Positions 32,033 through 38,994 of a stretch of DNA of 38,994 nt are shown in pieces (positions within the stretch are counted from its first letter, which is position 1; each line of letters begins with the position of its first letter). Source of the DNA: Planctomycetota bacterium (GTDB lineage: Bacteria > Planctomycetota > Planctomycetia > Pirellulales > UBA1268); the NCBI GenBank assembly GCA_027622795.1, contig JAQBZA010000001.1:1-38994 (forward strand). Direction: 5' to 3'. The notes below the pieces were generated by a model that was not told the origin of the DNA, made no database searches, and saw only the letters and a list, made by a program, of their open reading frames with translations. A program made the translations under genes and the position numbers.

Positions 32033-33850
32033 ATGAAATCATGCGAGGGTCTGCCGATGGGCTTCCGACTGATTCTGGCTTTTGCCGCGACTACGTTGGC
32101 CGCGGTGGCAGCGACCGCAGCGCCACCCAATATCGTGCTCGTAATCACCGATGATCAGGGCTACGGCGACCTCGGCCACACTGGCAATCCGGTCGTGAAG
32201 ACGCCCCATCTCGACGCCCTTGCGGCCGAATCGACAAGCCTCACCAACTACCATGTCGCCCCCACCTGCTCGCCGACCCGCGCCGCGCTGATGACCGGCC
32301 ACTGGACCGACCGGACCGGCGTCTGGCACACGATCAACGGCCGCTCGATGCTCCGCGAAAACGAGGTCACGCTCGGCCGGCTGCTCCACGACAACGGCTA
32401 TGCCACCGGCATGTTTGGCAAGTGGCACCTCGGCGACAACTATCCCTATCGGCCGGAAGACCGCGGCTTCGACGAGGTCTATCGTCATGGTGGCGGCGGC
32501 GTCGGCCAGACGCCCGATCTCTGGGATAACGCCTACTTCGACGGCCGTTATTTCCGCAACGGCAAGATCACTCCCGCCACCGGCTTCTGCACGGATGTGT
32601 TCTTCCGCGAGGCGCAGCGGTTTATCCGTGAGCAGGCCGTGGCCGGCAAGCCCTTCTTCGCCTACATCAGCACCAATGCCCCACACGGACCGCTGCATTG
32701 CCCCCAGGAATACCTCGATCGCTACGCCGATCAGCCCGCCCCCATCGCCGCCTTCTACGGCATGATTACGAACATCGATGACAGCATCGGGGCCACGCGA
32801 ACGCTTCTCGAAGATTTGGGCATCGCCGACAACACGCTCTTCATCTTCACGACCGACAACGGCACGGCCACCGGCGAGAAGGTGTTCAACGCCGGCATGC
32901 GAGGCAAAAAAGGGAGCGAATATGACGGTGGCCATCGCGTGCCTTTCATCGCCCACTGGCCGGCCGCCGGCTGGAATCGTCGGCACATCAGCAACGTGCT
33001 CTGCCATGCCGTCGACGTGGTGCCGACGCTCGTGGCGCTGGCGGGTGGCACCAAGCCGGCGGAGCTGATCTGGGATGGGCGATCCATCCGCCCGCTCCTC
33101 GATCCGGCAGTCGATCCCGATTGGGCCGACCGGATGCTCGTGACCGACTCCCAGCGGGTGCGCGATCCGGTGAAATGGAAGCAGACGGCCGTGATGTCGC
33201 AGCGGTGGCGGTTGGTCAACGGCCGGGAGCTTTACGACATGGAGGCTGACCCGGGCCAGCAACGCAATGTCGCCGCCGACCATCCCCAGCAGGTTGCGGC
33301 GATGACGGCGTTTTACGACGCCTGGTGGGCTGAACTCGAGCCCACGTTCTCCCAGACCACCGAGATCCATCTCGGCCATCCAGATCATCCGCAGGTGAGC
33401 CTCACCGGCCATGACTGGATCGGACCCGAGCAGGCCTGCCCGTGGAATCAGGGGATGATCCGGATTCGGGCCGTGGCGAAAGAAAGCCGTCACGATGGCT
33501 ACTGGGCCGTGCGAGTCGTCACGCCCGGCACCTACACATTCGCGGTGCGGCGGTGGCCAGCGGAGGCCGACCATCCGATCACCGCTCCGCTGCCTCCCGG
33601 GCCAGGCGTGCCAGGGGCAACGAAGGCCTTTCGCACCACGCCGGGCAAAGCCCTGGCCGCCGTCTCGGCGACGCTCCGAATCGACGGCACCGACTTGGCA
33701 ACGAAGCCCGTGACGGCGACAGACACGCTGGTTTCGTTCACGGCGCCGCTGGCTGTCGGCTCCTATCGCCTTAGCCCGGTCTTTCGCACAGCGGCCGGCG
33801 ATGAGGTGGGGGCCTACTACTGCATCGTCACATCGGCAGCCGGAGAGTGA
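32033..33850 (+). CDS. Arylsulfatase (type I sulfatase, canonical C-x-P-x-R) with C-terminal extra domain
   Basis: Signal LILAFAATTLAAVAATAA. PNIVLVITDDQGYGDLG, active site APTCSPTRAALMTGH, GKWHLGD, FTTDNGTA, GGHRVPFIAHWP. Start at ATG 32033, with 32057 as an alternative. Confidence 0.9.
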   Translation: MKSCEGLPMGFRLILAFAATTLAAVAATAAPPNIVLVITDDQGYGDLGHTGNPVVKTPHLDALAAESTSLTNYHVAPTCSPTRAALMTGHWTDRTGVWHTINGRSMLRENEVTLGRLLHDNGYATGMFGKWHLGDNYPYRPEDRGFDEVYRHGGGGVGQTPDLWDNAYFDGRYFRNGKITPATGFCTDVFFREAQRFIREQAVAGKPFFAYISTNAPHGPLHCPQEYLDRYADQPAPIAAFYGMITNIDDSIGATRTLLEDLGIADNTLFIFTTDNGTATGEKVFNAGMRGKKGSEYDGGHRVPFIAHWPAAGWNRRHISNVLCHAVDVVPTLVALAGGTKPAELIWDGRSIRPLLDPAVDPDWADRMLVTDSQRVRDPVKWKQTAVMSQRWRLVNGRELYDMEADPGQQRNVAADHPQQVAAMTAFYDAWWAELEPTFSQTTEIHLGHPDHPQVSLTGHDWIGPEQACPWNQGMIRIRAVAKESRHDGYWAVRVVTPGTYTFAVRRWPAEADHPITAPLPPGPGVPGATKAFRTTPGKALAAVSATLRIDGTDLATKPVTATDTLVSFTAPLAVGSYRLSPVFRTAAGDEVGAYYCIVTSAAGE

Positions 33851-33859
33851 TCGCCGCGG

Positions 33860-35170
33860 TCAACCATTCGCCGTGGCCGCCCGTTTGAGCTCTTCCTCAC
33901 GCCGCATTTCGTCGAGTGGAGCCACAATCTCGTCGACCCGCTCATTGAACAGATCGCCGATCAGCATGTCGGTGATGTGTCCCTTGAGATGCGGATGCCG
34001 CTTGACGAACTTTCCAAAGTTGAAGCCGTCGTAAAACTCCACCACCAACCGCCGCATCCGCTCCATGCCGCGAATGAAGTCAGGGGCCCAGGCACCGAGC
34101 CGCTCGGCCGAAAGATCATTCGCCTCGAGGGCGTCGGCCACCGCATCACCAGCCAGTTCGCCGCTCTTGAGCGCCAGGAGAATCCCCGATGAATAGAGCG
34201 GATCGAGAAACCCAAAGGCATCCCCCACGAGCACCCAGCCTTTGCCGGCCACCTGCCGCGACCGATACGAATATTCCTTCGCTACTCGCACCGACTCGAT
34301 CATTTCCGCCTGCTCCAGCCGCGGGATCAAGCCCGGGCAGCGGCCGATCTCCTCCTGGTAGATCGCATCGCTGTCTTTCGTGGCCCGATTCTTGAAGAGA
34401 TAGTCGTGCCCCGCCACGACGCCCACACTGACGATGTCATCGTGCAGCGGGATGTACCAAAACCAGCCCTGCTTGTCGTCGAGTTGCAGCACGAGCGTGG
34501 CCCCCTCGTCGCGGCCCGTGCCGCGAGTCGCCCCCTTCCAGTAGCTCCACACCGCCGCCTTCCTGAGTTCCTGATCCCAGTCGCGAAGGCCAAGCCGGCT
34601 CTGGATCATGGCCCCCTGCCCACTCGCATCGACAACCACATCGGCCTCGACCGTGCGGACGAGGCCGGCCTCATCCTGCACCCGTACCCCTCGGGCTCGG
34701 ACCTCGCTGCCGGCGCCATCGAAGAGCACCTCAAGCACCCGGCAGCCCTCGTGCACCTCAACCCCGAGACGGGCGGCATTGCGGAGCATCATCTCGTCAA
34801 ACTCACTCCGCCGCACCTGCCAGGTCTGTGAGCTTTCCTGTGGCTTGTGGTCGGCAAAATAAAACGGTTCCGAGAGCACGCCCCGTTCATTGACGAATTG
34901 CACCGAGTGCTTCTCGACGAACCGGCTACCGCGCAGCGCGTCGAGCATACCGAGCCGCTCAAACACGCCATACGTTTCAGGAATCAGCGACTCACCAACG
35001 TGAAACCGCGGAAATCGCTCCCGCTCAAAGAGGGCGACCCGCCGCCCCCGCTGAGCCGCAACAGCGGCCGCCGTGGCGCCAGCCGGCCCTCCACCGATCA
35101 CAACCACTTCGGTCCGCTCAACTGCTGTTCCAACCATAGTGTGACTGCCTCCAGCGACTCCTTTATTCAT
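33860..35170 (-). CDS. FAD-dependent oxidoreductase with flavin-dependent-halogenase-like motifs
   Basis: VVVIGGGPAGATAAAVAA (GxGxxG), RFPRFHVGESLIP, GWFWYIPL (WxWxIP), GDAFGFLDPLYSSG. ATG 35137 is an alternative start. Confidence 0.75.
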   Translation of the reverse strand: MNKGVAGGSHTMVGTAVERTEVVVIGGGPAGATAAAVAAQRGRRVALFERERFPRFHVGESLIPETYGVFERLGMLDALRGSRFVEKHSVQFVNERGVLSEPFYFADHKPQESSQTWQVRRSEFDEMMLRNAARLGVEVHEGCRVLEVLFDGAGSEVRARGVRVQDEAGLVRTVEADVVVDASGQGAMIQSRLGLRDWDQELRKAAVWSYWKGATRGTGRDEGATLVLQLDDKQGWFWYIPLHDDIVSVGVVAGHDYLFKNRATKDSDAIYQEEIGRCPGLIPRLEQAEMIESVRVAKEYSYRSRQVAGKGWVLVGDAFGFLDPLYSSGILLALKSGELAGDAVADALEANDLSAERLGAWAPDFIRGMERMRRLVVEFYDGFNFGKFVKRHPHLKGHITDMLIGDLFNERVDEIVAPLDEMRREEELKRAATANG

Positions 35171-35242
35171 AGTCGGCAGCCACGGCCAGGCCAATGAAGG
35201 GGGCCGTCGGCCGCAGTAAAGCCGCCTCAAGACCCGTGAAAG

Positions 35243-36076
35243 CTACTGGGAAAGGTACAGCGGCAGCGGGCTGTCACGGAGCAGTTTCAGGGCCGTCTCC
35301 CCAAAAAGCCGCCGCAGGAGAAGGTTTTTGGCACTATTCCCGGCGACGATCAGATCGGCCTCCCACTGCTGGGCGTAGGGCACGATCTCCGTGGCCGGAT
35401 CCCCCCCGGCGAAGTCGGTGTCGACCGACCGGCCATGAGCCTGGAAATAGCCGGCAACCGACTCCAGCCGCCGCTGGGCCGTGGCGGAATCGGAGCCGAA
35501 GTGGACCACCCGCACGGCGGCATCAGCGAACAGTCCCGACTGCACGAAGCTCTTAAACGTCTTCGCGCTTTCCAGCGAGCCCGAGTAGGCGACCAGCACG
35601 CGGCGGATCGGCCGGTAGTGCTCTGAGACCGCGAGAATAGGACGCACACCACTGGCCACGAGCCGCTCGAGGGCGTCGAGCGGCTCGGGTACCACGTCGT
35701 GTTCGAAGAGCCCCTTGAGCCCAAACACGCACATGTCGTGATACCGCACGAGATCGACAGCGATCTCAAAGGGATCGCCCGTCCGCTCCGCCACGCGATG
35801 CGACACCTCGGCGGCGATGCAGCGGTCGGCAAACTTTGCCTCGGCCGCATCAATGTCGGCCTGGGCCTTCTCAAACCGCTGCTGCCGAAGCTGCGACGTC
35901 ATCGCCTCCACGCCCACGCCGATCGGCCGCGGGCCCGTCCACTCCAGCCGCAGCGGGTCGGTGACGGCGAGCCCGAGCAGTTCGGCGCCAAAGGTCTTGG
36001 CCAATTCCACGGCGTGCTCCGTCACCGAAACGGCCGTGCGGCTTGTGCCGAGCCCGACGAGGATTCGCTTGATCAT
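35243..36076 (-). CDS. Tandem-domain universal stress protein (UspA family)
   Basis: Two Usp-like halves: MIKRILVGLGTSRTAVSVTEHAVELA... and IRRVLVAYSGSLESAKTF...ADLIVAGNSAKNLLLRRLFGETALKLLRDSPLPLYL. Confidence 0.8.
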   Translation of the reverse strand: MIKRILVGLGTSRTAVSVTEHAVELAKTFGAELLGLAVTDPLRLEWTGPRPIGVGVEAMTSQLRQQRFEKAQADIDAAEAKFADRCIAAEVSHRVAERTGDPFEIAVDLVRYHDMCVFGLKGLFEHDVVPEPLDALERLVASGVRPILAVSEHYRPIRRVLVAYSGSLESAKTFKSFVQSGLFADAAVRVVHFGSDSATAQRRLESVAGYFQAHGRSVDTDFAGGDPATEIVPYAQQWEADLIVAGNSAKNLLLRRLFGETALKLLRDSPLPLYLSQ

Positions 36077-36153
36077 GGGTGTGCTCCTCTATGCTGTGCG
36101 GATAGGGCTGTACGGATGGGTAGCGAAATCATAGCGTTCCGCTGCCGAGGCCG

Positions 36154-36936
36154 TCAGGGAATCCGCCGCCGAAACACCATCATCGGGTCAGACTCGTCTC
36201 GCACATGGCCGTGGCTCATCGGCTTGGCGAGGATCATGCCCGCCACGAAGCCGGCCACGTGGGCCGAATAGGCCACGCCCCCGCCGCCCCTTGACTGGGC
36301 ATCAAAGAATCCGCTGACGATTTGAAACAGAAACCAGATGCCAACGGCGACATAGCCCGGCACATCGACCATCAGCCGCAACAGGATCACGCTCACTCGC
36401 CGATGCGGATGGAGCACAAGGTAGGCACCGAGTACGCCGGAGATCGCGCCTGAGGCACCAAGGCAGGGCGTGAGGGCCGCGTCGCCGGTGCTGTTTAACG
36501 CCACAAACGCCAGCGACGCCAGCACCCCGGTGGCCAGGTAGAAGATCAGATATTTCATGTGACCCATGTCGTCTTCAATGTTGTCACCGAAGATCCACAG
36601 AAACCACATGTTGCCGGCCAGATGCATGATGCTGCCATGCATGAAGATCGCCGTGAAGAGCGTGAGCCAGACGGGAATCGGCGTCGGCTGGAGGCCGGGT
36701 ACCGGCACCTCGATCACCTGCCCCTGGATATTGATGTCGCGAATCGACGGCTCGGTGACAATATCCTTTCCCGAAATGATCTCGGCCGGCACCTGCACAT
36801 AGGCCATCGTGAAGTCTTCGTTTTGCCCCATCCCCTGGAGCACCACAAACACGAAGATATTGGCGGCCAAGAGCGCGATCGTGACGTAGGGAAACGTCTG
36901 GCGATCTGAATTGTCATCGCCGATGGGAAAGACCAT
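36154..36936 (-). CDS. Rhomboid-family intramembrane serine protease
   Basis: FMHGSIMHLAGNMWFLWIFG (HxxxN region), catalytic GASGAISGVLGAYLV, later AHVAGFVAGMIL (catalytic His helix). Start at ATG 36936. Confidence 0.9.
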   Translation of the reverse strand: MVFPIGDDNSDRQTFPYVTIALLAANIFVFVVLQGMGQNEDFTMAYVQVPAEIISGKDIVTEPSIRDINIQGQVIEVPVPGLQPTPIPVWLTLFTAIFMHGSIMHLAGNMWFLWIFGDNIEDDMGHMKYLIFYLATGVLASLAFVALNSTGDAALTPCLGASGAISGVLGAYLVLHPHRRVSVILLRLMVDVPGYVAVGIWFLFQIVSGFFDAQSRGGGGVAYSAHVAGFVAGMILAKPMSHGHVRDESDPMMVFRRRIP

Positions 36937-36967
36937 AAGATCATCCGCAAAGGAAACGTGGTCCGCC

Positions 36968-38149
36968 TCATGGTGCGAAGCGGTGGACCATAGTGTGCCG
37001 ATAGACCTGCCCCGGGTCGAGTCGTTGCGTCGGCCACTCCGGGTGGTGAGCTGAATCGGGATAGGTCTGCGTCTCGAGGCAGATGGCTGCCTGCTTGGCA
37101 TAAACAGCCCCGCCCTTGCCCGTCAGCGAACCATCGAGAAAGTTGCCGGTGTAGACCTGGATGCCGGGCTGGTCGGTGAGGATGCTCATCGCCCGACCAC
37201 TGGCCGGATCGCGAAGCAGGGCGGCCGGCCGAAGGCCGCCGTCGGGCTGCCAGCCACGAATCACAAAATTATGGTCGATGCCACCGGGATTTTTCCCGTC
37301 GTCGCTCGGGGGTAACTGCCTGAGTCGCTCACCAAGCCGCACGGCCACGCCCCGATCGGGCCGCAGGTCGAAGGGCGTGCCCTCCACGGCAGCGATGTCG
37401 CCGGTGGGGATGCCGCCGGCATCGACCGGCAGATAGCGGTCGGCGAAAACGGTGAGCTCCTGGTCGTGGATCGTGCCGACGGCCTGCCCGGCAAGATTCC
37501 AATATGAATGGTGCACGATGTTCACGAGCGTGGGAGCGTCGGCCGTGGCCTCCATCTCCACCCACAGTTCACCGTCGCGGGTAAGCCGATAGGTGGCGCG
37601 GGCGGTAAGCCTGCCGGGATAGCCTTCGTCGCCGGCCGGCGAGACGACCTCGAATGTGACCGCCGGCCCGGTGGGATCGACCCGCGGCATCCCCTTCCAA
37701 AGCAGCTTATCGAAGCCGATCGTACCGCCGTGGAGATGATGCGGGCCGTTGTTGGCGGCGAGTTGATAGTCCTTGCCGTCGAGCGTGAATCGCGCTCCGG
37801 CGATGCGGTTGGCCACGCGGCCGCAGATCGCCCCAAAGTAGGGATGCCCCTTCAGGTAGCCGTCGACCGCATCGAAGCCGAGGACCACATCGACCGTTTT
37901 CCCAGGCTCGCCGCGCACCGGCACATGCAGGCTCGTGAGGATCGCTCCATAGTCGGTGATCGTTGCCTGCCAGCCACCGGGCACAGTGAGCGTGTAGAGG
38001 TGCGCCTCGCGACCGTCGGGGAGGTTGCCGAAGGCACGCACCGTCGGCGGAGGGATCACGGCAGGTTCAGACACAGAGCGTTCTCCAGAAAACGCCGGGG
38101 TACCGATCATGGCCCCCACCAGCACGACACAAGGCACGACACGGTTCAT
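36968..38149 (-). CDS. galM: Aldose 1-epimerase (galactose mutarotase) with signal peptide
   Basis: GRVANRIAGARFTLDGKDYQLAANNGPHHLHGG, VNIVHHSYWNL, ICLETQTYPDS. N-terminus MNRVVPCVVLVGAMIGTPAFS. Start at ATG 38149. Confidence 0.85.
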   Translation of the reverse strand: MNRVVPCVVLVGAMIGTPAFSGERSVSEPAVIPPPTVRAFGNLPDGREAHLYTLTVPGGWQATITDYGAILTSLHVPVRGEPGKTVDVVLGFDAVDGYLKGHPYFGAICGRVANRIAGARFTLDGKDYQLAANNGPHHLHGGTIGFDKLLWKGMPRVDPTGPAVTFEVVSPAGDEGYPGRLTARATYRLTRDGELWVEMEATADAPTLVNIVHHSYWNLAGQAVGTIHDQELTVFADRYLPVDAGGIPTGDIAAVEGTPFDLRPDRGVAVRLGERLRQLPPSDDGKNPGGIDHNFVIRGWQPDGGLRPAALLRDPASGRAMSILTDQPGIQVYTGNFLDGSLTGKGGAVYAKQAAICLETQTYPDSAHHPEWPTQRLDPGQVYRHTMVHRFAP

Positions 38150-38190
38150 CAATACGCCTCCCAAGGGTGGAGCCGCATTGTACGCAAACC

Positions 38191-38685
38191 TCACGCGGCC
38201 CGCTTCTGCTGGCCACCGCTACCCCGGGCCGCCCCGCCCCCGGCCTCCGCCTCTTCGCGGCGGGCCTCGATCCAGCCGTCCACGCTCCACGGCCCACCGC
38301 CGAAGGCCATTAGCCCGAACAGGCCGCCGCAGATGGCAAGGTTTTTCATGAAGTGAATCACCTGCGCCTCACGGTCCGCCGGATTGGCGAACATCCAGAA
38401 GTCATGGAAATAAAACGTGGCCGCCGCCAGGAAGATGGCCAGGAATCCGGCGCCCATCCGCGTCCATGCCCCGGCGGCCAGTGAGAGGCTGCCGATCAGG
38501 ATCAGGCCGATCGCGCCAAAGAGCATCAGCCGCGGATTGGGAATCCCCTGCGACTGCATCATCATCGCCGTCTCGGTAAACCGCGGCACCTTGCTGCCAA
38601 GCGTGCTGACCAGGAAGACCGCCACCATCATCAACCGCGCGAGCACCGCCATCAGTCCTTGCGCCGCATGTGCCATTTGTTCCAT
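38191..38685 (-). CDS. DoxX-family membrane protein
   Basis: Four hydrophobic helices with the DoxX-like pattern LARLMMVAVFLVSTLGSK...FGAIGLILIGSLSLAAG...FLAIFLAAATFYFHDFW...MKNLAICGGLFGL. Start at ATG 38685 or 38676. Confidence 0.7.
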   Translation of the reverse strand: MEQMAHAAQGLMAVLARLMMVAVFLVSTLGSKVPRFTETAMMMQSQGIPNPRLMLFGAIGLILIGSLSLAAGAWTRMGAGFLAIFLAAATFYFHDFWMFANPADREAQVIHFMKNLAICGGLFGLMAFGGGPWSVDGWIEARREEAEAGGGAARGSGGQQKRAA

Positions 38686-38793
38686 AGCTACGATCCCTCC
38701 ACAAACATCCCGGCAGGCAGCCGAGGGAAGTGGCGGGATAGTCGCGAACCACCCCGCTTCAGGCAAGGCCAAAAGCCCCCTGCTTTTCCCGGC

Positions 38794-38994
38794 TTACGCG
38801 GGCCACGCCGGCTGGTCGCGGGTGATGCAGTGGAGGGCCCCACGACCGCGGACGAGCGCCCGGCAGTCGACCGCCTCGATGCGGCGGCCTGGAAAATACT
38901 CTGCCAGCGTCTGGACCGCCGGCTCGTCGGTCGCCCCGCCAAACACCGGCACGAGCACGATGCCGGTGGCCACATAAAAGTTGAGATGGCTCGC
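38794..38994 (-). CDS. aguA: Agmatine deiminase, C-terminal 66 codons only (5' part lies beyond the window edge)
   Basis: Not in the ORF track because it has no Met. Reverse-strand translation from the window edge reads ASHLNFYVATGIVLVPVFGGATDEPAVQTLAEYFPGRRIEAVDCRALVRGRGALHCITRDQPAWPA*. This matches the conserved agmatine/peptidylarginine deiminase C-terminus (NFY..ng.vivP.FGd..D..A...l...FP.R.v..v......GGG.iHCIT.qqP), including the catalytic Cys. Confidence 0.8.
   Translation of the reverse strand, partial: ASHLNFYVATGIVLVPVFGGATDEPAVQTLAEYFPGRRIEAVDCRALVRGRGALHCITRDQPAWPA

Noticed and set aside
32039-33574. 511-aa ORF antisense to the arylsulfatase gene.
   Set aside because: The sulfatase frame carries all canonical motifs (DDQGYGD, CSPTR, GKWHLG). 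The antisense translation has none and is Arg/Gly/Ala-rich.
38767-38793. Hairpin AAAAGC-CCCCT-GCTTTT directly after the aguA stop codon as a rho-independent terminator.
   Set aside because: The stem is short and AT-rich, and the U-run lies inside the stem rather than following it. It does not meet a canonical intrinsic-terminator pattern.
1-38994. CRISPR arrays, rRNA genes, transposases/IS elements, prophage genes, and toxin-antitoxin or known defence-system genes.
   Set aside because: I looked for regularly spaced repeats, nuclease/ATPase pairs, and integrase/transposase motifs on both strands. I found none.

Overview
About 39 kb of high-GC bacterial chromosome. The gene content points to Planctomycetota (Pirellulales-like): a DUF1549/DUF1553 + DUF1501 pair, a DUF1559 'H-X9-DG' pseudopilin, two sulfatases, Tat-signal Gfo/Idh/MocA oxidoreductases, DUF1080 and a ThuA-like domain. 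That taxonomic call is inferred from family content only. I annotate 35 protein-coding features and one tRNA-Pro(CGG), plus a few repeats and hairpins. Two coding features are cut by the window edges, and one is interrupted by an in-frame TAG. I saw no rRNA, CRISPR array, transposase, integrase or phage genes. The most interesting region is 10162-17638, a tightly coupled same-strand gene string. It encodes three consecutive GspF/PilC-like platform paralogues, three small proteins with prepilin-type N-termini and a canonical DUF1559 pseudopilin. Four nucleotides later comes a signal-peptide-bearing DUF1080-PhoD fusion. No secretion ATPase, secretin or prepilin peptidase occurs anywhere in the window. 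This looks like an unusual pseudopilus module, possibly with its own cargo. Secondary points of interest: (1) a likely periplasmic sugar-oxidation cluster with two divergent Tat-signal Gfo/Idh/MocA paralogues and an isochorismatase-ThuA fusion; (2) a divergent envelope-glycan module (ArnT-like GT39 coupled to a beta-helix protein, opposite a BNR/sialidase-like protein coupled to a membrane protein); (3) a glycerophosphodiesterase gene with an in-frame TAG; (4) a thymidine kinase that has lost its zinc ligands; (5) a bacterial SMUG1-type uracil-DNA glycosylase; (6) a sulfatase with a C-x-A-x-R active-site motif; (7) a halogenase-like flavoprotein; (8) a 464-nt low-GC, hairpin-rich intergenic region. 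All family calls rest on motifs read by eye, since no searches could be run.
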